A stretch of DNA of 64,000 nt. Origin: Candidatus Helarchaeota archaeon. Its GTDB lineage: Archaea; Asgardarchaeota; Lokiarchaeia; Helarchaeales; RDOG01. This document shows, one piece after another, positions 10,441 to 20,777 of this stretch. The notes beneath the pieces are model-generated. The model did not search any database. It saw nothing but the letters and a program-made list of their open reading frames with translations, and had not been told where the DNA came from. The stretch's first letter is position 1; each line of letters begins with the position of its first letter. Location: assembly GCA_019058315.1 (NCBI GenBank), contig JAHPZH010000001.1, positions 567,536-631,535 of the forward strand, written 5' to 3'. Made by a program: the position numbers and the translations under genes.

Positions 10441-11073
10441 TTGACTAGAATAGTTGAAAATAAAATGCATATGAACGTTCATACAGCTATAGGTATATTA
10501 ATTACAATGATATTTTCAGATTATTTATCTGATTTTGAGATATTATTTGTTATAGTAGTTATGGTAATAATTGATTTCGACTTTCTATTTTCAAAATTTG
10601 CTAAAAATCATAACCATCGTAGATTACCCACACATACATTTTTTCTCTATGGGATTTTCATTATCATAGGGATAATATTCTTTATTTTTAGAATTTCATT
10701 ATTTAATTCCACTGATATATGGCGATATATTATTTTAATTGGAATTTGCGGACTTATTCATGTAGGAACAGATTCAATTGATTGGGGAATTTTATTATTT
10801 TATCCTTTTAGCCAAAATTTAATAGGAGGCATTTTGAAAATTCCTGATATAAAAAATGATGAAAATAATGAACTGGGACGTTGCTATTTTATAAATAAAT
10901 ACTATAATTCAAATATTATCAAAGTATTAGAAATAAGTTTTGGAATTTCAGCAATCTTATCAATATTATTAATTAATATTGATTATTTTTATGTTCTATT
11001 AATTTATTTTGGGACTTTGGCTTTACATCTCATTCAATTTTTCAGATGTAGCAAACAAAAAGATAATTATTGA
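10441..11073 (+). CDS. Membrane-bound metal-dependent hydrolase (YdjM-like)
   Basis: H, IDFD, HRRLPTH, HVGTD and LFYPFS motifs. Confidence 0.72.
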   Translation: MTRIVENKMHMNVHTAIGILITMIFSDYLSDFEILFVIVVMVIIDFDFLFSKFAKNHNHRRLPTHTFFLYGIFIIIGIIFFIFRISLFNSTDIWRYIILIGICGLIHVGTDSIDWGILLFYPFSQNLIGGILKIPDIKNDENNELGRCYFINKYYNSNIIKVLEISFGISAILSILLINIDYFYVLLIYFGTLALHLIQFFRCSKQKDNY

Positions 11074-11200
11074 TAGATTAATATAATAATTTAATTAAAA
11101 TTATTTAGTCAATATGAACTCCTTTCCTTAACACCAAAATATATTTTCGAACCAAAACTTTGAAAATAAAAAAATTCATTCATTAAAATGTGTTCTTGAA

Positions 11201-11941
11201 ATGGTTGTCACAAAGAGAAAAATAGCAGTTGCCCTTTTTGTTATTGCATTCTGGTCAACTATTTGTTATATGGCTTTCGACTATCAAACTGATGAATGGA
11301 ATAGAACTTTTGTGTGGCCTGATGGCTGGCTTCATAAAGTAAGGTCGATTAGTTTTAAAGGAAATAATTTTTATGATGATCATGGCTTAGATCTTAATTA
11401 TTTATCTACTCTAGCAGGATATCCTGACGAAGGGGAAGAAGATGGGTTTTTTCCTGGTTTAGATAGTCCATGGAGTGCTTGGACTGACTGGACTTCATAT
11501 AGCTATCAGATTGGTAAAGATGAGGAAATTTTAGAAGGATATGAAATAATGACATGGTACTCAGCTTTTATGGTCTTTGTCCCACCCGGCTTTGATGGAG
11601 ATTATGATGTTAATGTTGGTTCAGATGACTCTATAAAAATCTGGAAAGATGGTAAAATAATACATAATAAAAGTTTGGTAGATGAAAGGCGAATCGTTCC
11701 TGATACGGATGTAATTAAAAATGTTAATTTTCATGAGGGCCATAATGTCTTTATTGTTGGATTATATCAAAAATCAGATATAACTGGTTTTTGTTTCCGA
11801 ATAAAAGATCATAATACAGTCATGCCTTGGCTTGGATTTTATTATTGGATTAGTCTTCCACCTCCAAATTACGGATATGAAATAACCCTCATAGCGATAT
11901 GTTTAGTTGCTGCTTTTATATGGGTATATTTCGTTTATTGA
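11201..11941 (+). CDS. Membrane-anchored protein with PA14-like beta domain
   Basis: N- and C-terminal TM helices; VGSDDSIKIWKDG motif resembles PA14-type domains. Confidence 0.55.
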   Translation: MVVTKRKIAVALFVIAFWSTICYMAFDYQTDEWNRTFVWPDGWLHKVRSISFKGNNFYDDHGLDLNYLSTLAGYPDEGEEDGFFPGLDSPWSAWTDWTSYSYQIGKDEEILEGYEIMTWYSAFMVFVPPGFDGDYDVNVGSDDSIKIWKDGKIIHNKSLVDERRIVPDTDVIKNVNFHEGHNVFIVGLYQKSDITGFCFRIKDHNTVMPWLGFYYWISLPPPNYGYEITLIAICLVAAFIWVYFVY

Positions 11942-12033
11942 TTTCTTTATTTCTTTTAAATTTCATAATTAAATTAGAGAAAATATTCTAATACCTTTGG
12001 TTCTTAGAAAATTAATTAAATATAGTTAGAATT

Positions 12034-13053
12034 TTGAAAAAATTGCAGGAATTCAGCTTTTTATTTTGGGTAGGTATATTTTTTGTCGGTTATTTATTAA
12101 TTTTCTTTTTTGCAGATGTTTTTATAGATAATTTGAAAATATTATGTATTATTTATGGAGTATCTCCTTTTATAATAGGATCAATGATTTTAGGGATAGA
12201 TCCAGAAGAATCTATCGCATCTATTATAGCTTCATTAGATGGACTGCCCTATATCGCAGTGGGTAATGTTATTGGAAATTCTATTATAGCATTAACTTTA
12301 TGTTTTTCTTTGCCAGCCCTATTCTATAAAATTAAATTTAAAAAAGTTTCAAAATTTTATTTTTTAATAATTTTTTCGTGTCTATTATTTATTCTACTTG
12401 GTTTTTTAATTACTTCTGGATTATTTCTCTTTGGAACAGCTTGTCTTATTGTTTATCTAATTTATCTTATTAGAAATATTAGATATATATCTAAAGAAAA
12501 GGAAATCGATCTTTCTGTTGACTATGAGTTATTTGAAGGAGAAGTAGAAGAGGAGGTAAAAGAAAGATCAATAAAATTCAAGTTAAAAAAGATCTTTTTA
12601 ATCGTTATTAGTTTATTATTTATTTTCATTGGTGGAGAAGTGCTAATTTATGCAACAACTGAAATTATTAAAATAACCAACATTTCTGAATCAATTTTTG
12701 GATTTATTGTAATTGCATTTACAACTAATGTCGAAGAGTTGACTTTGGTTATTAAATCGATAAAAAAACATAGTATTGAAATCGGTTTAGGAGGAATGAT
12801 AGGTAAAATTATTTGGAATTTTACGATTACCTTTGGAATTAGTGGTATAATAACCTTAAATATTATATTTGACTGGAATCTGATATGGAATTGGATTATT
12901 TTGTTTTTAACCATATCATATTTTTATATTATATCTTGGAAACGATCCTTAACAAGAATTGATGGTGCTATTTTATTAATTATTTTTATAATTTTCCTAA
13001 TATTTAATATATTACTGCCAATTAATGTAGGGTTACTCCATGGGATTTTTTAG
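12034..13053 (+). CDS. Sodium/calcium exchanger (CaCA, YrbG-like)
   Basis: Two alpha repeats (DPEE...GNVIGN; TTNVEE...GGMIG), about 10 TMs and an acidic central loop. Confidence 0.82.
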   Translation: MKKLQEFSFLFWVGIFFVGYLLIFFFADVFIDNLKILCIIYGVSPFIIGSMILGIDPEESIASIIASLDGLPYIAVGNVIGNSIIALTLCFSLPALFYKIKFKKVSKFYFLIIFSCLLFILLGFLITSGLFLFGTACLIVYLIYLIRNIRYISKEKEIDLSVDYELFEGEVEEEVKERSIKFKLKKIFLIVISLLFIFIGGEVLIYATTEIIKITNISESIFGFIVIAFTTNVEELTLVIKSIKKHSIEIGLGGMIGKIIWNFTITFGISGIITLNIIFDWNLIWNWIILFLTISYFYIISWKRSLTRIDGAILLIIFIIFLIFNILLPINVGLLHGIF

Positions 13054-13142
13054 TTAATAACGATTGATGATAAATTTAAAATATTTAATTAATGATTTCT
13101 ATTCAAAAAAATACTTAATAGATTAAAAATTTTAATCTGAAA

Positions 13143-14312
13143 ATGGGTGATTTAATGGTTAAGAAAGTTATAGCGCTTGGTGGCGATGGTATTGGACCAC
13201 TTGTTGTCAATGCAACTGTCTGGTTATTGAAAGAAATGAAAATTCCAAATTTAGAAATCCAATCTATGCCCGTAGGTGAATCTGCTATCGAAACCCATGG
13301 AGATGCGTTTCCTCCAGAGACTAAAGAAGCTGTTCAAAATTGTGACGCTATTTTATTTGGAGCTACGGAAGAAAAAGCCTTACAAGTAATTGCTTTTTTG
13401 AGATGGGGTCTGGGTAATTATGCGAATATTAGACCCATCAAATATTATCCTGGTATTGAAGTTGTTTCCCCTATGAAAAAGGAACTGATAGAAAATATAG
13501 ATTATGTATTTGTACGTGAAGGAACAGAAGGAATGTATGCTGCCGCAGGAAGAGAAGGAAGAGTCAAAAAATTAGCAAAAAAAGGAGTTGTCAACCCTAC
13601 AGAAATAGAAAGATGGGGTGAAAAAGCTGTCTATGCTCTGCGTATATGTTCTCCTAAAGGGACTGAAAGAATTGCACGATTCGGTTTGGAGTTGTGCAAG
13701 AAAAGAAAGGAAGAAGGTGTTGGTAAGGGATTACTTGAAGTTATAACTAAAAGAAATGTATTACGTGTTCAAGATAAACTTTGGTTGGATACTATAACAA
13801 AGATTGCTAAAGCAGAATATCCCGAAATTAAAATCGAAGAATATTTTGTGGATGATTTTGCTAGACGTTTGTTACGTTATCCTGATTACCATGACACTAT
13901 AATTGCCGAAAATATGATTGGTGATATTCTAACTGATATGTGTGCAGAGCTTGTTGGTGGCTTAGGACTTGCTGGATCTGGAATATATGGTGAGAAGATA
14001 CCCTATTTTGAACCTACACATGGAAGTGCACCTGCAGTACTTGCTAGAAAAAACTATGCTGGAGAACCTGTAGCAAACCCAATGGCAACAATTTTTTCTG
14101 CAATAATGATGTTAGATTATTTAAAATTTGAGAAAGAAGCAAAAAAATTGGAAAAGGCAGTTGCAGCATTAATTGCAGATGCAAAAAATTATGATGAAAA
14201 TTGGAAAGACTTACCTAGAGATATTGTTCCTGAGAAATTACGGAAAGAAGGTAAATTTGCCTCAACACAACATACAGCAGAAGCAATCTATGAAAAATAT
14301 AAGTCAATTTAG
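13143..14312 (+). CDS. Isocitrate/isopropylmalate dehydrogenase family protein
   Basis: GDGIGP, YANIRP, VREGTEG, NMIGDILTD, FEPTHGSAP and ANP motifs. Confidence 0.9.
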   Translation: MGDLMVKKVIALGGDGIGPLVVNATVWLLKEMKIPNLEIQSMPVGESAIETHGDAFPPETKEAVQNCDAILFGATEEKALQVIAFLRWGLGNYANIRPIKYYPGIEVVSPMKKELIENIDYVFVREGTEGMYAAAGREGRVKKLAKKGVVNPTEIERWGEKAVYALRICSPKGTERIARFGLELCKKRKEEGVGKGLLEVITKRNVLRVQDKLWLDTITKIAKAEYPEIKIEEYFVDDFARRLLRYPDYHDTIIAENMIGDILTDMCAELVGGLGLAGSGIYGEKIPYFEPTHGSAPAVLARKNYAGEPVANPMATIFSAIMMLDYLKFEKEAKKLEKAVAALIADAKNYDENWKDLPRDIVPEKLRKEGKFASTQHTAEAIYEKYKSI

Positions 14313-14371
14313 AATTTTTTTTTATTTTTTATTTTATTATATACAAATCATTTTAAAAGAAGTGTGAATAT

Positions 14372-14647
14372 ATGGCAGAAGAAGAAGAACCGCCCATTCA
14401 ATATTATGAAATTATAAAACATAAAACTATTTCTAAACGAGGTCGCTGGTGGACTCTTCTAACCTTATTGAAAGATACAGAAAAAGATCAAACTTTTTTG
14501 TCAATTTATAAATTTCAGAAGAGAACAAATAAAAGTACAGATGAGAAATATTGGGCAAAACATTCTAGTTTTAGAATAAATAATATAAAACATGCTCAAA
14601 CTCTTGTTGAATCACTCAAAGATTTAATGGATACATGGGAAGAATAA
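14372..14647 (+). CDS. Small hypothetical protein (possibly PC4-like nucleic-acid binding)
   Basis: Beta-rich aromatic/basic core followed by one helix; the fold is a guess. Confidence 0.55.
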   Translation: MAEEEEPPIQYYEIIKHKTISKRGRWWTLLTLLKDTEKDQTFLSIYKFQKRTNKSTDEKYWAKHSSFRINNIKHAQTLVESLKDLMDTWEE

Positions 14648-14776
14648 GATACTCTTGGATATCCACCAAATAAGTTAAAAAATCATGAATTTCTATAAAA
14701 ATCAAAAAATATACTTTATAACCCGATTAGAAGAAATTATATCGACAAAAAATAGTCAGATTAGGCGGGTTTATTA

Positions 14777-14802
14777 AAAAGCGCCTCTATTTAGGCGCTT
14801 TT
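14777..14802. terminator. Perfect 10-bp inverted repeat (terminator-like hairpin or operator)
   Basis: AAAAGCGCCT-ctattt-AGGCGCTTTT in an intergenic region. Confidence 0.45.
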
Positions 14803-14860
14803 CAAAGATTTTTAAATGTAAAATTCTTCTATTATTTTAAGACATGTTACGGAAGAAAAA

Positions 14861-15310
14861 ATGATGACGTGTCCAATTTGCGGTGTTCCTACACCTGGAG
14901 AATCTTATTGTTCTGTAGAATGTATGAAAATTGCTAAGGAAAAAGAAGCAAAGGGTGTAGAAAGTGAAGATGCAGAGGAAAAAGAATTAGATCGAAAGTA
15001 TGAATTACTCCCAATTCTCACCGAGAAATGGACTATTTGCCCATTTCATAAAGTAAAACTAAGACTTGGTAAAGAGAAATTAATAAAGGAAGACGAGGAT
15101 GACGAGGATACCTATTATTATGAGCGTACTAAGTATTGTCCGAAATGTTATCGGGTTTTTTGTTATCTTTTCAAGGAATATGGAATAGAGGATGCAGAAT
15201 GGGAACTTGAGGCACCATATTTCGAAGAAACAGTTGATTTACTTGCTGAACTTGACCCCATAATAAAAGAATATGACCGTAAAAAGAAAGATATTTATAG
15301 TTTCGACTAA
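14861..15310 (+). CDS. Cys-rich putative zinc-finger protein
   Basis: CPIC...YCSVEC plus CPFH...CPKC motifs; acidic. Confidence 0.65.
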   Translation: MMTCPICGVPTPGESYCSVECMKIAKEKEAKGVESEDAEEKELDRKYELLPILTEKWTICPFHKVKLRLGKEKLIKEDEDDEDTYYYERTKYCPKCYRVFCYLFKEYGIEDAEWELEAPYFEETVDLLAELDPIIKEYDRKKKDIYSFD

Positions 15311-15340
15311 TTTTAACCATTTTTATTTAATAATTTTGTT

Positions 15341-15889
15341 TCAATCTATGAAATAATCCATAATAATTTCATCATAATAAATTCCATCTATTAAAAATTG
15401 TTTTTTCCTAGTTCCAACTATTTTAAATCCCATTTTTTTATACAATTCTATCGCATTTGTATTTGTGTGGAATACTGACAAATTAACTTTTTCAAAACCC
15501 TTCAATTTTGCTTCTCTTAATGCATTTTTCATTAATAGACCACCAATGCTTGGTTTCGCATTCCTATAGGTCTTATTTAGCAAAATACCTAATTCCCCCG
15601 CTTGTTCGCTACATTCCCAATTATTATGTTCAATAGTGCAATGTCCTACTACCTTTTCATCAATAGTAGCTACAAGTACTATGTTATTCTCATTTTGATG
15701 GTTATAGAACCACGATTCTTGTTCATATTTATTTGTAATTTCAGAAATGACTGGAATAAATCTTTTTTCACAAACCACAGAATTAAAATTTTCCCAAATC
15801 ATAGACAAATCAGACTTTATTGCATGTCTAATTATAATTTTAACTAGAGGTCCATTAGATAATGTAACTTCAACAGATTCTAAAATCAA
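15341..15889 (-). CDS. GNAT family N-acetyltransferase
   Basis: VVGHC, YRN...IGG and NTNAIELYKKMGF motifs. Confidence 0.88.
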   Translation of the reverse strand: MILESVEVTLSNGPLVKIIIRHAIKSDLSMIWENFNSVVCEKRFIPVISEITNKYEQESWFYNHQNENNIVLVATIDEKVVGHCTIEHNNWECSEQAGELGILLNKTYRNAKPSIGGLLMKNALREAKLKGFEKVNLSVFHTNTNAIELYKKMGFKIVGTRKKQFLIDGIYYDEIIMDYFID

Positions 15890-15916
15890 TTAAAGATACC
15901 GCCCCTAAAATCTCAA

Positions 15917-16264
15917 TTAATATCCATGATTCAACAGATAAATTAAAGGTATATCTTCAAACTTTCCATCAGGAAGTTTTCTACGTATTGTTATAGGTAA
16001 TAATCTATTTTCAAGTTCCATTTCAGCAATTTGGATTGGATCTTTAATGTCTGGAATTTCATCTAACAGAATTGGAGCTGACATAGAGATTTGTAAAGCT
16101 CTAGCTCCAATAATTCTTGCCCTCTCGTATTTAGTTAAGTGAGAAGGTCCAATTTCTATCTTAAATTTCTTCCTTTTCTCTTCTAATGGTATAGATGGTT
16201 CTTCTATTAGCTCCTCTTCGCTCTTGATCTCTTTTTTGGTCTTTTTTTTCGATTTTTTAACCAT
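15917..16264 (-). CDS. rpoK: DNA-directed RNA polymerase subunit K (Rpo6)
   Basis: [19 protein letters not shown] and LPITIRR signatures. Confidence 0.96.
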   Translation of the reverse strand: MVKKSKKKTKKEIKSEEELIEEPSIPLEEKRKKFKIEIGPSHLTKYERARIIGARALQISMSAPILLDEIPDIKDPIQIAEMELENRLLPITIRRKLPDGKFEDIPLIYLLNHGY

Positions 16265-16479
16265 AATTAATAGCGCCCGACCAAAATTTAAACCTAATAT
16301 GATATCTTCTTATTTTTAACTTAAAATACCCAAAATCAGTTAGACGTTTCAAAAATAGGTTTTTTATCATTTTCACTAATTTATACTTATAAATTTTTTC
16401 TTTTTAAGAAATAATTTATTTTTAGAGTAAAAAGAAAGAAAAAAATCTTGAAATGAAAGTGACAGATAAAATAGAGTTC

Positions 16480-18141
16480 TTAATTTTTTAAAAAATCAGA
16501 AGAACTTAACCGGATTGTACCTTGGATCAATCCTTTATTTAACATTTCATTTAAGAGCTTTTCTGCAAATTTTTCTGTTATGTTTAAAGTCTTCGCTATT
16601 AAAGAAAAAGGAATGTTTTTATAACGTTTTATAAGATTTGAGATCGCTCTATATGTCGATTCTTCATGTAGGAATGTTCCAGCATCGATATCAAAAAAAA
16701 TCTTCTTAAATTTATCTTTTTTCTCAAACATCTCAATTAAAATTTCTTTAACAACAAATTGAGAATAATTTAAATGATTTGCGATCTGCTCTATTGTCAC
16801 TATTGGAGATTTTTTTATCATCTTTTCAACTTCTATACCAAAATCATCTATAATCGAAGGGATTTCCTTTTGAAACGATTTCTTTATTCCTTTAATTTTC
16901 CATTTTACTTTATGAAAATCAGAACTAGTGCCTAACTCAGGATCATCTAATCTAAATATTTCAAAACCTAGAAATTCTTCAGTAATTTTAGTGAAATCAA
17001 ATACCAATGCTATGGCCTTTGGATTTAAATTTTGATATCCCAATTGGTTTAATCTATCTGTAGGTGATAAAAATAAACCTAGGCCGGGGTGTGAATGATA
17101 CCAACCAACCGTAAAATATCCCTTTTCAACTGCCATTGAGTCATATTCAGCTGCCTTTAAATAATGTTCCTCTTCAAAGGCAACTTCGAATTTCTCACCT
17201 GAAGTGATAGGAACTGAATCAAAAATTATCAAATCCTCATCTTTTAATTTTCCGATTAAAAGACCATATGTCTCTTTCCAATCTTCCCGTTTAATATCAA
17301 AATTTGCGTAAAACATTGTATGCAATAAAATATTTCTAAAAGAATCTAAGTTTAAAATGACTGTTCCCTTTTCTTCTACTGTTACTTTTGTTAAGTGAAG
17401 TTGTTCTTCAGGAACATACTTAAACAGAACATTATGGAATAAACTTATAAGAATGGCCTGAAAAGAGGGTCCAGAAAATGATAAATTGCTTGATTCTGCT
17501 TCAATTGTTTGAAGATTCCGTCTAGCCTCTTCAATATTGCCCTTTAATATATTATTAATAAAATTAAATATTGTTAACCCCAATCCAGTTATTTTATTTA
17601 ATTTAATTAAGTCCTCTATTTTATTCATTATATCTTTGGCACTTTCAGGTATTTCGAGTAAAAGATCAATTATTGCTATGAAACTATCATAAATAGTAGC
17701 ACGCTCATAAATATATTTCTGCAGAACGGAATCCTCCATTTCCGCCCTTTTATTAGTGAATTCTTTAGCTTTTTGAAAAAATCTTATCGAGTTTAAATAA
17801 TCCGGAGTCCCTTCTTTGGGATTTAATAAACATGTCGCTAAATCTATACAACAATTTGCAATTTTTTCATATTTATCTTTTAAGTCTAATTGACCTTTAG
17901 TGTAAGCATTAATTGCATTTTGATAGCATTTTATTGCTTTAGCATATTCTTGGATTTCCACAAAACAAGCTGCCGCTCTAAATAAACTATCTCCAATTTC
18001 GGTTTTAGGATCTTCAACATCTGAAGTCTTTTCAATTTCTAAAGCGGCTTTTAAATAGTTCTTTATAGCTTCTTGGAAATTTCCATTAATTTCGTATGCT
18101 CTACCTTGCTCCTTATATTCCATTATATGGCTATCCCACAC
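16480..18141 (-). CDS. TPR/SNAP-like + MPN(JAMM) metalloprotease + C-terminal winged-helix (PCI-like) fusion
   Basis: N-terminal TPR-like helices; ETYGLLIG and VGWYHSHPGLGLFLSPTD (intact JAMM); two C-terminal wHTH-like units. Confidence 0.82.
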   Translation of the reverse strand: MWDSHIMEYKEQGRAYEINGNFQEAIKNYLKAALEIEKTSDVEDPKTEIGDSLFRAAACFVEIQEYAKAIKCYQNAINAYTKGQLDLKDKYEKIANCCIDLATCLLNPKEGTPDYLNSIRFFQKAKEFTNKRAEMEDSVLQKYIYERATIYDSFIAIIDLLLEIPESAKDIMNKIEDLIKLNKITGLGLTIFNFINNILKGNIEEARRNLQTIEAESSNLSFSGPSFQAILISLFHNVLFKYVPEEQLHLTKVTVEEKGTVILNLDSFRNILLHTMFYANFDIKREDWKETYGLLIGKLKDEDLIIFDSVPITSGEKFEVAFEEEHYLKAAEYDSMAVEKGYFTVGWYHSHPGLGLFLSPTDRLNQLGYQNLNPKAIALVFDFTKITEEFLGFEIFRLDDPELGTSSDFHKVKWKIKGIKKSFQKEIPSIIDDFGIEVEKMIKKSPIVTIEQIANHLNYSQFVVKEILIEMFEKKDKFKKIFFDIDAGTFLHEESTYRAISNLIKRYKNIPFSLIAKTLNITEKFAEKLLNEMLNKGLIQGTIRLSSSDFLKN

Positions 18142-18167
18142 AAAAAATATAAATTTTTAAAAAGAAA

Positions 18168-18695
18168 TCAAAATTTTGTAATTAACAATTTTGCTAATTC
18201 TGTAAATGCTTCATCTACTTTATCACCGGTTTTTGCAGAAGTCTCTATAAAACCGTGAGCATTAATTCTTTTTTGAAGTTTTAATCCATCTTCTTTTGTA
18301 ACTTCCTTATTTGGTAAATCCATTTTATTAGCAACAAGTATTGTTTGAAATTTTGGTTCTTTAACGTATTTATCTAATTCGTCCATCCATCTTTGTTCTA
18401 TCTGATTATATGTAGATTTTCGTGTAACGTCGTAGACAATTAATGCACCTTGTGCGCCTTGGAAATAAACATCTTGCATTTGACTCCATCTATCGTCACC
18501 AGCTAAATCCCATAATGTTAGCTTAATTCTATTGCCCTTTAATTCTATATTTTTTAAATAAATATTAGCGCCCATTGTGCTTTTATATTCCTCAGAAAAT
18601 TTCTCAGTTACATATTTTTTGACTAATGAAGTCTTACCTACAGCGGGCTGTCCAATTATACTGATTTTGAAAACATAAAGCGGTAATTTACTCAT
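18168..18695 (-). CDS. Rab-like small GTPase
   Basis: GQPAVGKTS, STMG, WDLAGD, NKMD and ETSAK (G1-G5); no CAAX tail. Confidence 0.93.
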   Translation of the reverse strand: MSKLPLYVFKISIIGQPAVGKTSLVKKYVTEKFSEEYKSTMGANIYLKNIELKGNRIKLTLWDLAGDDRWSQMQDVYFQGAQGALIVYDVTRKSTYNQIEQRWMDELDKYVKEPKFQTILVANKMDLPNKEVTKEDGLKLQKRINAHGFIETSAKTGDKVDEAFTELAKLLITKF

Positions 18696-18854
18696 TGCAA
18701 TTATCTCGTTTTAGTATGGTTGATTCAAGAGATAAGATCCTATTATCACATCAATCCATATTAATTTAATTAATTTATTGAATTTACATATAATGCCAAA
18801 TTGAATTAATTAGATAATTCTATTCAGATGATTTGAAAATTTACTGAATAATAA

Positions 18855-19994
18855 TTAATATTTTATATCCGAAAGCAGATGTTCATTTCCAATTTTAACT
18901 CTTTTTAAACCAATCACATTCTTAGCGATTTCTAAGCAGCGTTTTGCATGGTTTTTACTAGTCAGGGGTAGATCGTTCATATAATAATGAGGAAAAAAGC
19001 CTAATAACGAATATGGAATATTTGGATTAATGTCTTTTATAAATTGAGCGATTTTTTTTACTTCATCAACATCTACATAACCAGGAACTAATAATGTAGA
19101 ACCTATTAAAAAAGGGATTTTGGGTCTTTCCGCCACCATCTCACCTAATTTTTTGAAATTTTCAAAGGTTTGTTTATTAGAAACCCCACAAAGAGCAATA
19201 TTTAAATTTTCATCAAAGCATTTAAGATCTATTTTAATACAACCCCCTGAATTAAAAGCTAGTTCTGCTGCTTTCTTCATCAATGGCCACTTCATCCCCC
19301 CATTAGTTTCAAAACAAACTCTAAATATCTGCTTATTTTCTCTAGCTTTATTCAAAGCGATTTGAGCAGTTTTAATAGCATGAGGCATCTGCGGAGAAGG
19401 ATCCCCACCAAAATAGCAAATACAACTAACTTTGTTATTAATTTTTTCGGCTAATTCTCTTGAACTAATAAGATGGTTTAGTTTTTGGGGCATTTGTCGA
19501 TATTGATAGTTCTGGCAATATAAACAGTCAAAATTACATGCCCCATAAAACACAGCAAGATTTGAATATCCATATTCTGGTCCTTGTTTATTAGCATAAT
19601 TAGGATACCCGCAACCAGTTCCCGCTGGACAAACAAATGCCGCTACGCAGTTTGTAGGATTTGGATCATAATACCATTGAAGTAATCCTTTTTCTATAGT
19701 TCCTGCTAGACGATTAATCCTACCTTTATCATTTTTCACAAGACCACAATAACCCAATCCACCCAAGGGAATTTTACAATCATTTGAACAGAAACCACAT
19801 CTTATGCCATCATCATCCCTTGGAACAGCTGGGGGAAGACCATACTTCTTCCTACTCATTTCATGCAATTGGTGCGTAATTTCAATAGCTTCACTAGGCC
19901 TTTCTATAATACATTTATAACAAACCCCCAATTTTCTTGAAAATATTTTGTCCGATTTACGACAAACTTTGCATTCTGGAGTTTCGACTTTCAT
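18855..19994 (-). CDS. Radical SAM protein (AmmeMemoRadiSam/PFL-activase-like)
   Basis: CNFDCLYCQN, FGGDP, ETNG and KIDLK motifs; extra N-terminal Cys clusters. Confidence 0.85.
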   Translation of the reverse strand: MKVETPECKVCRKSDKIFSRKLGVCYKCIIERPSEAIEITHQLHEMSRKKYGLPPAVPRDDDGIRCGFCSNDCKIPLGGLGYCGLVKNDKGRINRLAGTIEKGLLQWYYDPNPTNCVAAFVCPAGTGCGYPNYANKQGPEYGYSNLAVFYGACNFDCLYCQNYQYRQMPQKLNHLISSRELAEKINNKVSCICYFGGDPSPQMPHAIKTAQIALNKARENKQIFRVCFETNGGMKWPLMKKAAELAFNSGGCIKIDLKCFDENLNIALCGVSNKQTFENFKKLGEMVAERPKIPFLIGSTLLVPGYVDVDEVKKIAQFIKDINPNIPYSLLGFFPHYYMNDLPLTSKNHAKRCLEIAKNVIGLKRVKIGNEHLLSDIKY

Positions 19995-20111
19995 ATACCT
20001 CCAATTTTCCTAACTAAAAACAAAATAAATTATAAAAAATAAAACTTTTATGTTATTTCTCCAGCATTTATTTTAGAAATGAAGTGAGCATTAAAATCAG
20101 TTGAAGTAAAG

Positions 20112-20612
20112 ATGACTTTAAAAAAATTCTCGATGGACTTGACTCCTTATAAACTACGAGAATTTAAAGAAGAGGATCTTGCTTCAGTTGTTGATATCAA
20201 TCTAAAATGTTTGCCAGAGAATTATCCGGACTTCTTTTTCTTAGGAATTTATTATAGATATCCCAAAAGCTTCTTGGTTGCTGAAATCGATCATAAAATC
20301 GTTGGCTATTCAATGTACAGAAAGGAAAAAGGAATCTCATGCTTTGGTTTGAAATGGATTGATAAAGGACACTTGGTTTCTATTGCAGTACTTCCTGACC
20401 ATAGAACCAAAGGATTAGGACAAAATTTGCTCCTAGGTGGAATCCATTCTATGAAATTCGATTATAACGCAAAAGAAATCATCTTGGAAGTACGTATTTC
20501 AAATAACTCGGCTATCAATTTATATAAAAAGAATTCATTCAGTATAGTAAAAACACTTTCTCATTATTATAAGGATGGGGAAGATGCATATTTAATGGCT
20601 TTCAAATGTTAA
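20112..20612 (+). CDS. N-terminal acetyltransferase (Ard1/RimI-like)
   Basis: CLPENY, GHLVSIAV, LEVRISN and YYKDGEDAY motifs. Confidence 0.9.
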   Translation: MTLKKFSMDLTPYKLREFKEEDLASVVDINLKCLPENYPDFFFLGIYYRYPKSFLVAEIDHKIVGYSMYRKEKGISCFGLKWIDKGHLVSIAVLPDHRTKGLGQNLLLGGIHSMKFDYNAKEIILEVRISNNSAINLYKKNSFSIVKTLSHYYKDGEDAYLMAFKC

Positions 20613-20777
20613 TACATTTATTTAAAATTTAAACGTTAATTGTCAATATTTTTTATTTTAAACCTTCAGAAAATAATATAAATAACATTTAATTATTCAG
20701 AATCTATTGTAACCTAGAAATTAATTATAACTTAATTTTGATAATTTATTTACAATTAGCTACTTAACGGTAAAACA

